Part shown: positions 28,612-38,203 of the stretch, piece after piece
Layout of the letters: the number at the start of each line of letters is the position of its first letter
Numbering within the stretch: position 1 is the first letter of the stretch
Assembly: GCA_965267575.1 (NCBI GenBank)
Contig: OZ254086.1
Span: 3,744,001-3,808,000 of the forward strand
DNA from: Calditrichales bacterium
GTDB taxonomy: Bacteria > Calditrichota > Calditrichia > Calditrichales > J004
Reading direction: 5' to 3'
DNA length: 64,000 bases
Made by a program: the position numbers and the translations under genes
Notes under the pieces: generated by a model
Told to the model about the DNA's origin: nothing
What the model saw: the letters and a program-made list of their open reading frames with translations, nothing else
Databases searched by the model: none

Positions 28612-28630
28612 ATCAAAATACAGGATAAAA

Positions 28631-29956
28631 ATGCAAGACATTAAAAACTACGTAGAATTATTCGAGGATTTTGAAAAGCGTCTGAACGGTCAAAGCAAGC
28701 AGCCGTTTCACATGCAGCGCGTTAAAGCGATAGACACGCTTAAGGAAACCGGGTTTCCCAAGCCGCGCGAAGAGGAGTGGCGCTTTACAAATATTTCTCC
28801 GCTTCTGAAAACAAAATTCAAACTGTCTGAGCAAAGCAGCCTGGAGAAGGTTAGCAAAGCAGATGTTGAGCGATTGTCTTTTGCCGGCTGGGATGGTCCT
28901 GTGCTGGTAATCGTCAACGGCATGTTCTCGCGTGAGCTGTCGCGCCTGGATGGTATTTCCGATAAAGTGAGCGTTATGCCTTTATCGGTTGCGCTGGCCG
29001 AAAACCATGAAAACGTCAAGGGCAAAATTAATACGCTGTCCGGGCTTGGTGATGCGTTCACCTACCTGAACACGGCGTTTGCCAGCGACGGTATTTTTGT
29101 TGAAGTGCCGGACAACGTGATCCAGGAAAAAGACATCCACATTCTGCACATTGCCGCGGCCGGGCACCAGACAATGGCTCATCCGCGGCACTTGTTTGTG
29201 GTGGGTAAGAGTGCGCGCCTGGGCGTTACGGAATCTTTCCATGCGCAGGATTGCGTTGACTGCTTTACCAACAGCGTTACCGAAATATTTGTAGCTGAAA
29301 ACGGCGAGATGGAGCACTACAAGCTGCAGGATGAAAACCTCGATGGTTATCATATGGGGCAGATTCACCTGAACCAAGGCGCCAATAGCCGCCTCTACTC
29401 GATCAATTTCGCTTTTGGCGGTAAACTCGTACGCAACAGCATAAATACGGAGCTGGCCGGCGAAGGGATCGAAAGTGTGCTAAACGGGCTTTATATGGCC
29501 CATGGCGACCAGCTAATCGACAACCACACGTTTATAGACCACGCCAAAGCGCACTGCGAAAGTCACGAGTTGTACCGCGGCATTCTGAAAGACAAAGCGC
29601 GCGGCGTGTTCAGCGGCAAGATTATGGTGCGCCAGGATGCGCAAAAGACAGATGCCAAGCAGTCTAATAACTGTTTGCTGCTTTCGGACGACGCGCGCAT
29701 CAACACCAAACCGCAGCTGGAAATTTACGCGGATGATGTAAAATGCACGCACGGTGCCACGATTGGCCAATTAGATGAAGAAGCCGTATTTTACCTGCGT
29801 TCGCGCGGAGTGCCGCAAAAGAAGGCCGTCAGCATTCTGACATACGCTTTTGCCGAAGAAATCATCGAAGGCATTCGCAATGAGGCTGTTAAAGCCCGTG
29901 TGAATGAGCTTTTGGAAAAAAGACTGCAAGAAGACCTGGATTTTATAAAAGAATAA
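28631..29956 (+). CDS. sufD: Fe-S cluster assembly protein SufD
   Basis: EEWRFT, AQKTDA.Q, KPQLEIYADDVKCTHGAT and FYLRSRG. Confidence 0.96.
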   Translation: MQDIKNYVELFEDFEKRLNGQSKQPFHMQRVKAIDTLKETGFPKPREEEWRFTNISPLLKTKFKLSEQSSLEKVSKADVERLSFAGWDGPVLVIVNGMFSRELSRLDGISDKVSVMPLSVALAENHENVKGKINTLSGLGDAFTYLNTAFASDGIFVEVPDNVIQEKDIHILHIAAAGHQTMAHPRHLFVVGKSARLGVTESFHAQDCVDCFTNSVTEIFVAENGEMEHYKLQDENLDGYHMGQIHLNQGANSRLYSINFAFGGKLVRNSINTELAGEGIESVLNGLYMAHGDQLIDNHTFIDHAKAHCESHELYRGILKDKARGVFSGKIMVRQDAQKTDAKQSNNCLLLSDDARINTKPQLEIYADDVKCTHGATIGQLDEEAVFYLRSRGVPQKKAVSILTYAFAEEIIEGIRNEAVKARVNELLEKRLQEDLDFIKE

Positions 29957-29959
29957 TTT

Positions 29960-30280
29960 ATGAACGAGAACGACCAATACAAGCCGGATAAGAGCAAAAT
30001 CATTGATGCGCTCAAAACGGTTTACGACCCGGAAATCCCGGTGGACATTTATGAACTGGGATTGATTTATGACATCAAAACCAAGGAAGACAAGGTCACG
30101 ATTTTAATGACCCTGACTTCACCCAACTGCCCGGCGGCACAGACTTTGCCGGTTGAGGTGCGCGAAAAAGTGGCCTCGGTAGAGGGTGTTGGTAAAGCGG
30201 ATGTCGAGATCGTCTGGGATCCGCCATGGGGCATGGAGATGATGTCCGAAGAAGCTAAATTACAATTAGGATATTTTTAA
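29960..30280 (+). CDS. second DUF59/SufT Fe-S assembly protein
   Basis: [25 protein letters not shown] and WDPPW. Confidence 0.92.
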   Translation: MNENDQYKPDKSKIIDALKTVYDPEIPVDIYELGLIYDIKTKEDKVTILMTLTSPNCPAAQTLPVEVREKVASVEGVGKADVEIVWDPPWGMEMMSEEAKLQLGYF

Positions 30281-30284
30281 TTTC

Positions 30285-31526
30285 ATGATCTTAAAAGAGC
30301 AGACAGGCACGCTGGATATCGACAAAATACGTAAAGACTTCCCCACCCTTGCTGAGCAGGTGCATGGGAAACCTTTGGTATACCTCGACAATGCCGCCAC
30401 AACGCAAAAACCGCAAAGCGTTATCGACGCGATGAATAAATATTACCGCGACAGCAACGCCAATGTGCATAGGGCTTTGCATGTGCTGGCGGAGCGTGCC
30501 ACCTCCGGCTACGAAGCCGCGCGGGAAGACGTACGATCGTTTATTAACGCGGGCAGCACCCGTGAGATTGTTTTCACCCGTGGAACCACCGAAGGCATCA
30601 ATATGATCGCCCACAGCCTGGGCAACACGCTCTTGGAGGAGGGTGACGAGATCATTCTTTCCGAAATGGAGCACCACAGTAATATTGTGCCCTGGCAACT
30701 CCTGGCGGAACGCAAAAACATCACATTGAAGTTTATTCCTGTCCTGGACAATGGCGAGCTGGACATGGCAGCGTATGCATCATTGCTTAATCCAAGGACA
30801 CGCCTTGTATCTATTATGCACATGTCCAACGTGCTGGGCACGGTAAACCCGGTTAAAGAGATCACCCATCTGGCGCATAAGCAGGGCGCGCTGGTCCTGA
30901 TTGACGGCGCTCAGGCTGTACCAAGCCTTCCCGTGGATGTACAGGATATCGACTGTGACTTTTATGCCTTTTCCTCGCACAAAATGGTAGGTCCCACGGG
31001 GATTGGCATTTTGTACGCGCGTGAAGAGTGGTTGAACCGTATGCCGCCCTTCCTTGGCGGTGGTGAAATGATATCTGAAGTATCACTTGAGAAATCCACG
31101 TGGGCAGACCTGCCGCATAAATTCGAGGCGGGTACCCCCAACATCGCCGGTGCCTTTGGCCTGCGAGCGGCCGTGGAGTATTTAAAAAATACAGGAATGG
31201 AAAACATTCAGTCTTACGAAGAAGAACTGACTGCCTATGCCATGGAAAAAATGCGTGCCGTGGAAGGGCTTAAGCTTTTAGGCACGTCCGCCAACCGCGG
31301 ACCCGCTCTGAGTTTTGTTCTGGATAAAGTACATCCCTTTGACCTGTCGCAGTTTCTTGACCAAACCGGTATCGCCATCCGGGCAGGGCATCATTGTGCT
31401 CAACCGTTGATGAAACGATTTGGGATAAATGCCACGGCGCGTGCCAGCCTTTATTTCTACAACACCCGCGATGAAGTGGATTACTTTGTTGAGAACCTCA
31501 ATAAAGCCATTCACTTTTTCGCCTGA
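30285..31526 (+). CDS. sufS: cysteine desulfurase SufS
   Basis: YLDNAATTQKP, NANVHR, MEHHSN.VPW, SSHKM.GPTG, EAGTP and RAGHHCA. Confidence 0.96.
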   Translation: MILKEQTGTLDIDKIRKDFPTLAEQVHGKPLVYLDNAATTQKPQSVIDAMNKYYRDSNANVHRALHVLAERATSGYEAAREDVRSFINAGSTREIVFTRGTTEGINMIAHSLGNTLLEEGDEIILSEMEHHSNIVPWQLLAERKNITLKFIPVLDNGELDMAAYASLLNPRTRLVSIMHMSNVLGTVNPVKEITHLAHKQGALVLIDGAQAVPSLPVDVQDIDCDFYAFSSHKMVGPTGIGILYAREEWLNRMPPFLGGGEMISEVSLEKSTWADLPHKFEAGTPNIAGAFGLRAAVEYLKNTGMENIQSYEEELTAYAMEKMRAVEGLKLLGTSANRGPALSFVLDKVHPFDLSQFLDQTGIAIRAGHHCAQPLMKRFGINATARASLYFYNTRDEVDYFVENLNKAIHFFA

Positions 31527-31596
31527 TTCCAATCCATCATATCAACAGCTAATTATTTGATTGCTTTTTAGGCAGGTGTTAAATTCTGCCGCTATT

Positions 31597-32760
31597 ATGA
31601 CAGACCAAAATAACGGCTTACGCAAACTCGATAAACAGCAGAAGCGGCATTACCTGGCTCTGCGCAGGCAATTCAGTAAACCCGTCATAAGCATCAGCGG
31701 ATACCTTGGAAAAAGCTCCCTGAGTGAGATGCTTTATGGCGTTCTGCAGAACTACGGCAAAGTCCTTAAAACACCGCACGGAAAAGGCTCCTGGCATAAT
31801 ACGTTGAAGACCATGGAAAAGCTTTCCGATGGTTATGACTATGCGCTTTTTGAATTTGACAGCGAGAGAAACCGGGATTTTGCAGGTCTTTTCAGGCTTC
31901 TGAAACCCAATGTAGGCGTTGTTACAAACATTGGTGATGCCCATTTAAGTTACCTCAATTCAGCCATGCAGCTTGCTCTTAAGCGATCTGAAGTCATCAA
32001 ATATATTGCCCGGGGCGGTGCGGCTGTTTTAAACCAGGACGATGACTTAAGCTCGTCGCTGGATCAGGTGGTAAAAAATCTAAGGCCCATCAAATACGGG
32101 CTTAATCATATTGCTGATTTCAACGCTTCGGATATCGAACATCTTGGTCCAAAGGGCATGCGTTTTCTTTACAACAACAAAAAGAAAATAACCCTCCCCG
32201 TTTACAGCATAGCCAACATTTATACGTTTTTGGCCTGCATGGCCGTGTGCAATTATCTGCAAATAAATGAAGAAGACGTGCTGAAAAGCATGCAGGAAAA
32301 AGTTACCTTGCCAAAGGGGCGGGGAAACCTGGAAAAAATAGGCAGCTGTTATTTGCTGGATGAAAGTTACATTGGTACGTCGCGCTCCGTAAGCAAGGCC
32401 GCGCGCTCTCTTGTTGGTTTTAAACCATATTCCAAAAAGCTAATATTAATTGTCGGGGATATGACAAAAAGCGGGGTTAAGGTGGAAGACCGTCACCTGA
32501 ATATGGGCTATTTCCTTTCAGCGCTTCCTATCGATCACCTTATTACGATGGGACACTACGCAGATTACATCGGAAAAGGGGCCTCGCTGATCAAGTCGAG
32601 TGGAAAAAAGATCCACAGTGTTGCCAATGTCAACGAATTACTAGACATTTTGCGTGAAATCATTGTGCCTGATAGTGCTGTTTGCGTAAAAGGACTGGGT
32701 AACGTTGTTTATCACCGGGTGAAGACGCAAATGGTCAACACTTTCAAAAATGGAGAATGA
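31597..32760 (+). CDS. divergent MurF-like Mur ligase family protein lacking the N-terminal domain
   Basis: PVISISGYLGKSS (P-loop-like), VVTNIGDAHL, VLNQDD, LLDESY and VGDM are recognisable MurF middle and C-terminal motifs but are degenerate. Confidence 0.75.
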   Translation: MTDQNNGLRKLDKQQKRHYLALRRQFSKPVISISGYLGKSSLSEMLYGVLQNYGKVLKTPHGKGSWHNTLKTMEKLSDGYDYALFEFDSERNRDFAGLFRLLKPNVGVVTNIGDAHLSYLNSAMQLALKRSEVIKYIARGGAAVLNQDDDLSSSLDQVVKNLRPIKYGLNHIADFNASDIEHLGPKGMRFLYNNKKKITLPVYSIANIYTFLACMAVCNYLQINEEDVLKSMQEKVTLPKGRGNLEKIGSCYLLDESYIGTSRSVSKAARSLVGFKPYSKKLILIVGDMTKSGVKVEDRHLNMGYFLSALPIDHLITMGHYADYIGKGASLIKSSGKKIHSVANVNELLDILREIIVPDSAVCVKGLGNVVYHRVKTQMVNTFKNGE

Positions 32761-34166
32761 CACAAATGAAGAAATCTATCCTAAGCGTGCTTTTTGCCTT
32801 ACTGCTTGCCGGCTCCGTGCAGGCACAATTCACCGCCAAAGAAAAGTTTTTCGCAGATTATGAAGAACAGATTGAAGAAGTGCGCGCCCAGAACGGCAGC
32901 GTTTTGTCGCCCACGTTTTTCAGTAAAGCGGTAGAGCTTTACGAAGAGGCGCTGGAGGCTTATGAAGAAAAGGAAAGCCAAAAGGCCATCCGTGAAAAAC
33001 TGGATGAATCGGCCCAATATGTGCGCAGAGCGCTGGATGTTATAAAACTGGCCAATATCACCTTAAAAGAAGCGATTCAGGCCAGGCGGGATGCGCTTAA
33101 TTCCGACGCGCCTTTATATGCTGAAAACCTTTGGAATGAAGCCGAACAGCAGTTTCGTGATGCCGCGGAAAACCTGGAAGACGATGATGTGGAAGACGCG
33201 CGCGAAGATGGCGTAAAAGCCACGCAGCTGTACAGCCAGGCCGAGCTTACCGCAATCAAGAACGGCATTCTCGGTGAAGCACGTGATGCCATCGCCGTGG
33301 CCCGCGAAATGGACGCGGAAGATTATGCCTACCACACGCTTACAGACGCACAGAACCTGCTTACGGAAGCGGAACGCATGCTCAACGCGGATCGCTACAA
33401 TCGTGAGGAGGCTATTGAAAAAGCCGGACGCGCCGCCTACCAGGGACGCCACGCCCAGTATCTTACGGAAACCATTAAACAGCTCTCCAAAAGACAGGAA
33501 AACTGGGAAAACCTTTTTTTGAAATTTGAAGAGATCATTGCCACATTTGGCAGTCAGTTCAATTATAATCCCATGTTCGACAAGGGCTTTGACTCATCGG
33601 TTAAAACGATCAGCGCGTATATCAAGGTCTTAAAAGATGAAAAGAAGCAGCTCATTGAAGAAAACAACAGGTTAAGCGAAGAGCTGCAGGCCATAAAGGA
33701 ACGTGCCGAAAACTATTCCGCCGAGCTTGAACGCAAGCAGGAGCGGGAAAGAAAAGTCGATCGTATAAAAAACTTGTTTGGTCCAAACGAAGCCAAAGTG
33801 ATTTACGAAGGAGACAATCTCATTATTCGTCTTTTCGGACTGAATTTTCCTTCAGGGCAGGCGATTATTCAGCCGGAATACTTTTCGCTGCTCACAAAAA
33901 TTCAGCAATCGTTGCGCGAGTTTCCAGAAAGTCATTACCTTATTGAAGGCCACACGGATTCACAGGGCGATGCCAACCGCAACAAGCTGCTTTCCGAAAG
34001 ACGCGCGCAATCGGTACGTGAATACCTGATCGCCAATATGAACATCAGTGAGGAGCAGATCAGCCATATTGGCTTTGGCGAAGAACAGCCCGTAGCCAGC
34101 AACGAAACAAGCGAAGGCCGCGCTGCAAACCGGCGTATTGATGTAGTCATTCACATCGCCGACTGA
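32757..34166 (+). CDS. exported OmpA-family protein with helical repeats and coiled coil
   Basis: Signal peptide. C-terminal OmpA domain F.SG.A..IEGHTDSQG..N..LSERRA.SV..G.GE.QPVASN....GRAANRRID. Confidence 0.9.
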   Translation: MTQMKKSILSVLFALLLAGSVQAQFTAKEKFFADYEEQIEEVRAQNGSVLSPTFFSKAVELYEEALEAYEEKESQKAIREKLDESAQYVRRALDVIKLANITLKEAIQARRDALNSDAPLYAENLWNEAEQQFRDAAENLEDDDVEDAREDGVKATQLYSQAELTAIKNGILGEARDAIAVAREMDAEDYAYHTLTDAQNLLTEAERMLNADRYNREEAIEKAGRAAYQGRHAQYLTETIKQLSKRQENWENLFLKFEEIIATFGSQFNYNPMFDKGFDSSVKTISAYIKVLKDEKKQLIEENNRLSEELQAIKERAENYSAELERKQERERKVDRIKNLFGPNEAKVIYEGDNLIIRLFGLNFPSGQAIIQPEYFSLLTKIQQSLREFPESHYLIEGHTDSQGDANRNKLLSERRAQSVREYLIANMNISEEQISHIGFGEEQPVASNETSEGRAANRRIDVVIHIAD

Positions 34167-34205
34167 CGGTACAGGAGATATTATGGATAAAGCGGGAGAG
34201 CAACT

Positions 34206-35342
34206 TTGAAAGGAATCGGCTTAAAAGACGAGTTGCAGGTAAAAGACCGTACGTTTCAGATAACTACGGGCAACGATCCGTCTAAAAATAAAGTTGCCAG
34301 CGAGGTTTTCGAAAAGGGCCATTTTCTGTTCAGCCTTGAAGAAAACTACCATGTGCGTCATACAAGCAGCGGCGAAGTAGACGGCGATTATCTCAAAAAG
34401 ATTGCCCAGGAACAGCATCAAACCGCCATCAGCGATATACGGTCGTTGTTTGTGATAAATGAAAAGATTAAGCAGCTGCGTCAATATCTCCCGCATTACC
34501 GCCTGGGCCGCGTCTTTTACCACCGTAATTTTATCCCCGAAGCCATTGATAATTTCCGCCGCTCCACTGAAATAAATAAAGACTTCATCCGCGGATACCA
34601 GCGGCTCGGGCTGGCTTATATTAAAAACGGCCAGTACAAAGCGGCCGTTAATACGCTGATGACAGCCCATAAGATGAAGCCAGCTTACCCGGACATAGCC
34701 AACGCCATTGCCGTGGCCTACACGCAGATGGAAGACTACTCCGCGGCATCGACCTACCTTAAAAAAGCCATAGATTTAAAAAATGACTTTGATGAAGCCA
34801 ATTTTAACTGGGGCGTTGTGCTTTTTCTCTCGGCCCTGGACGAACGGGGCGGGGCTGTTCCCGCCAGGCTGCATCGCGCCTTTAAAAATCTGCGCAGCTC
34901 AAAACGTTTTGCGGGAGATCACTGGCAGGAAAAATTTGATGCAACAGAAGAGGCGCTGAAAAGCGAGGATATCGGCAAGCGCATTAAAGCTTTGCTTGAT
35001 ATCCAGCGTGAGGTTCTGGTTAATGATGACAACACCGATATTATGGACTTCTTCTTTCTGCAGTTTATGTATGGCGGCAAAGAGATTAAGGGCCAGGAAG
35101 TGCAGCAGTTCGAGGAAATGATCATGCATGAAGTGGAATCGCACAAAGAGTATGCCGATTACTGGAATGAACTGGGCGTGATCCACCTGATACAATGCCG
35201 CGAGTTCTTTTTAAAGGCCATTGCCGAATTTGAAAAATCCTCTAAAATAGACCCCAACTTTGAGTCCGCCCGCCGCAATACGGATATGCTGCAGGGCAAC
35301 AAACAGGGTTTTCTTATCCTGCTGAGAGCCATCCTGCGCTGA
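34206..35342 (+). CDS. cytoplasmic TPR protein with uncharacterised N-terminal domain
   Basis: TTG start with GGGAG SD. TPR motifs (HYRLG, YQRLG, YPDIANAIA, YADYWNELG). Confidence 0.8.
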   Translation: MKGIGLKDELQVKDRTFQITTGNDPSKNKVASEVFEKGHFLFSLEENYHVRHTSSGEVDGDYLKKIAQEQHQTAISDIRSLFVINEKIKQLRQYLPHYRLGRVFYHRNFIPEAIDNFRRSTEINKDFIRGYQRLGLAYIKNGQYKAAVNTLMTAHKMKPAYPDIANAIAVAYTQMEDYSAASTYLKKAIDLKNDFDEANFNWGVVLFLSALDERGGAVPARLHRAFKNLRSSKRFAGDHWQEKFDATEEALKSEDIGKRIKALLDIQREVLVNDDNTDIMDFFFLQFMYGGKEIKGQEVQQFEEMIMHEVESHKEYADYWNELGVIHLIQCREFFLKAIAEFEKSSKIDPNFESARRNTDMLQGNKQGFLILLRAILR

Positions 35343-36682
35343 TGAATCCCAAAATCCTCGTTGTGGACAACGAAGAAAGAATGGTGAAACTGGTCAAAGC
35401 CAGCCTTGAACTGGAAGGCTTTGATACGGACGACGCTTTTTCCGGAATGTCGGCACTTGACCTTCTTAAGCAGAACTCTTACGACATAATCATCACCGAC
35501 CTTAAAATGCAGCATGTGGACGGTTTGCAGCTTTTGGAGCATGTCAAAGCAAATCGACCGACCAGCGAAGTTATTTTAATGACAGCCTACGCCAGCCAGG
35601 AAACAGCGTTGGAAGCGATGCAGAAGGGCGCTTACGACTACCTTATAAAACCGTTCAAAATGGATGAGCTTTTATTGCGCATCGGCCGTATTGTGCGCCA
35701 GAAAGAGCTGGAAGCCGAAAATACGCGCCTTAAGCAGCAGGTGGCGCCGGAATCTGCCTTTGAAGGCTTTATCGGTAAGAGCGCTAAAATGCGCCACGTG
35801 TTTGATCTGATCAGGCGGGTGGCGGAAAGCGACGCTACGGTGCTTATTCGCGGCGAAAGCGGCAGCGGCAAGGAACTGGTGGCAAAAGCGCTGCACCGCG
35901 AGAGCCCGCGCAACAATCGGAACATGGTCTCCATAAACTGTGCGGCGCTGCCCGAAACATTGCTGGAAAGCGAATTGTTCGGCTACGAAAAGGGCGCCTT
36001 TACCGGCGCATCAAAACAAAAAAAGGGTCTGTTTGAATCTGCCGACGGCGGTACGTTGTTTCTGGATGAAATTGGCGATCTATCACAAAATCTGCAGGCC
36101 AAATTACTGCGCGTGCTTCAAAACCGAGAGATAATCCGCCTGGGAGGAACCGAAAGCATTGCCGTGGACGTGCGGCTAATTGCCGCCACCCACAAAAACC
36201 TGGAACAGATGATGGAAGAGCAGTCTTTCCGCTCGGATCTCTATTACCGCATCAGCACCTTCCCCATAGCTTTACCGCCTTTACGCGAGCGCAAAGAGGA
36301 CATCCCGGCACTGATCAGCCATTTTATGCAGGCTTATCCGGATAAGGCGCTGTCTTCGCAGGCCCGGCTTAAGCTGATGCAATACAACTACCCCGGCAAT
36401 GTCCGCGAGCTGGGAAATATCATTGCCCGTTCGGCGATCGTATCGGAAAAGATGATTGAAGACGTGGATTTACCTGAGAGCGCGGCTGTTTCCCAAACAA
36501 AACAACGGACGGGAGAATCTCAACTGCCGGCAGAAGGAATGGACCTGGACAAGCACATCGCCTCTTTGATCAAACAGGCTTTGGATAACGCAGGCGGCAA
36601 TAAAACAAAAGCGGCGAAGATGCTGGGCATCACCCGCCGCCGTTTATATTCCATGCTGGAAAGCTACAAAATCGAAAACTGA
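35342..36682 (+). CDS. NtrC-family sigma54-dependent response regulator
   Basis: REC domain (ILVVDNE, ITDLKM, KPF), [29 protein letters not shown] and Fis-type HTH. Confidence 0.95.
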   Translation: MNPKILVVDNEERMVKLVKASLELEGFDTDDAFSGMSALDLLKQNSYDIIITDLKMQHVDGLQLLEHVKANRPTSEVILMTAYASQETALEAMQKGAYDYLIKPFKMDELLLRIGRIVRQKELEAENTRLKQQVAPESAFEGFIGKSAKMRHVFDLIRRVAESDATVLIRGESGSGKELVAKALHRESPRNNRNMVSINCAALPETLLESELFGYEKGAFTGASKQKKGLFESADGGTLFLDEIGDLSQNLQAKLLRVLQNREIIRLGGTESIAVDVRLIAATHKNLEQMMEEQSFRSDLYYRISTFPIALPPLRERKEDIPALISHFMQAYPDKALSSQARLKLMQYNYPGNVRELGNIIARSAIVSEKMIEDVDLPESAAVSQTKQRTGESQLPAEGMDLDKHIASLIKQALDNAGGNKTKAAKMLGITRRRLYSMLESYKIEN

Positions 36683-36714
36683 TTTAGTTTTTTTCCAATA
36701 TATCTTTCCAATAA

Positions 36715-36734
36715 AGACGCACGGCCGTGCGTCT
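36715..36734. repeat. perfect 20-bp palindrome, REP-like
   Basis: AGACGCACGGCCGTGCGTCT between convergent genes. Confidence 0.7.
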
Positions 36735-36750
36735 CTGTATAGTATCCCAT

Positions 36751-37995
36751 TTAATCCAAGACGTGAATAAACAAGCCGGAACGCAGCTTGGGCTCGAACC
36801 AGGTAGATTTTGGGGGCATTACCTCTCCGGCATCGGCAATAGCCATCAGTTCTTCAATCGAAGTAGCTTTAAGTGCGAATGCCACGGCCATTTCTCCGCT
36901 GTCAACGCGCCGCTTTAATTCTTCGAGACCACGGATGCCGCCTACAAAGTCGATGCGCGGGTCCTTACGCGGATCGCCTATTCCCAGAATCGGGCTTAAC
37001 AGATTATTCTGCAAAATCGACACATCGAGACCGTCGACCGGGTGATCGGGGTTAAAAAATTCGGTCATGGCGCAGAGATGATACCAATCACCGTCCAGAT
37101 ACATGGCAAATTCGTTCTTCTCAGTGGGCTTTTTAGGCTCGCGACCCGTTTTATCCACATGGAAGCGTTCGGCCACGCGCGCCTGGAATTGATCCTTGCT
37201 CAGACCGTTGAGATCAGCAACAACGCGGTTATAATCCATTATGTACATCTGGTCGTGGGGGAAAATAACCGTCAGAAAGTAATTGTAGCTTTCCGAACCC
37301 CGGTGGCTGACGTTGGCTTTTTTACGGGCTTCGGCCACGCGGGAAGCAGCCGCCGATCGGTGGTGCCCGTCCGCCACGTAAAGAAAATCGATTTTAGCAA
37401 AATTCTCTTCGATAGCCTTGATATCGCTCTCCTCGTCGACGACCCAGGCGGTGTGCCGTATGCCGTCCGCAGCTTTAAAGTCGTAAACAGGCTCATTCTC
37501 GCAGACACGCTCAGCCAGTTCATCCAGCGCCTTTGTGGCCTTGTAGGTCAGAAAAACCGGGCCTACCTGGGCATTGAGGTGTTCCATGTGTTTAACGCGG
37601 TCATCCTCTTTTACGGGACGCGTAAACTCATGTTTTTTTATTATTCCTTTGTCATACTCGGCTACCGAGGCCCTCGCCACCAGCCCGGTCTGCTCATGGC
37701 GACCCATCACCTGGCGGTAAAAATAATAGCAGGGCATTTCTTCGCGGATCAGGATATTTTGCTCAATCAGGCTTTTTAAATTTTCAGCGCCTTTTTGATA
37801 CACTTTTTCAGAATAAACATCCGTATCTTTTGGCAGATCGATTTCCGGCTTGTTTACATGCAGGAAGCTTATCGGATTGTCTTTGGCCATTTCCCGCGCT
37901 TCATCACTGTTCAGCACATCATAAGGCGGCGCGGCTACTTCGGCTGCCTTATCGGCCACGGGACGAAGTGCCCTGAAAGGTTTTACAGTTGCCAT
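36751..37995 (-). CDS. DUF1015 family protein
   Basis: PFRALRP, PPYDV, IKKHEFTR..KE.DR, YVADGHHR and MPPKSTWFEPKLRSGL. Confidence 0.9.
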   Translation of the reverse strand: MATVKPFRALRPVADKAAEVAAPPYDVLNSDEAREMAKDNPISFLHVNKPEIDLPKDTDVYSEKVYQKGAENLKSLIEQNILIREEMPCYYFYRQVMGRHEQTGLVARASVAEYDKGIIKKHEFTRPVKEDDRVKHMEHLNAQVGPVFLTYKATKALDELAERVCENEPVYDFKAADGIRHTAWVVDEESDIKAIEENFAKIDFLYVADGHHRSAAASRVAEARKKANVSHRGSESYNYFLTVIFPHDQMYIMDYNRVVADLNGLSKDQFQARVAERFHVDKTGREPKKPTEKNEFAMYLDGDWYHLCAMTEFFNPDHPVDGLDVSILQNNLLSPILGIGDPRKDPRIDFVGGIRGLEELKRRVDSGEMAVAFALKATSIEELMAIADAGEVMPPKSTWFEPKLRSGLFIHVLD

Positions 37996-38203
37996 ATTTT
38001 ACTCCCTTTTTTTAAAATGTTATCCATTTCAGCGTAATACGAAAATAATCATTTAGTTTGTCAGCTACAAGCAGAGAAAGCTATATTTACTTTTGCAATC
38101 CACGAGGTCAAATTTTAAATTTCAGCTTTGCACGATTGCTTCAATGCCTAACTTCAAGTCATTGAAAATAATGGATTTACATATTTTAAACGGGACGTAA
38201 CCT

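Noticed and set aside
31597..32760. Annotating as canonical murF
   Set aside because: N-terminal domain is missing, catalytic motifs are altered, and there is no dcw context.
34195..34212. prfB-like +1 programmed frameshift at CTT TGA
   Set aside because: The downstream ORF is in the -1 frame relative to the mini-ORF, so a +1 shift would not enter it.
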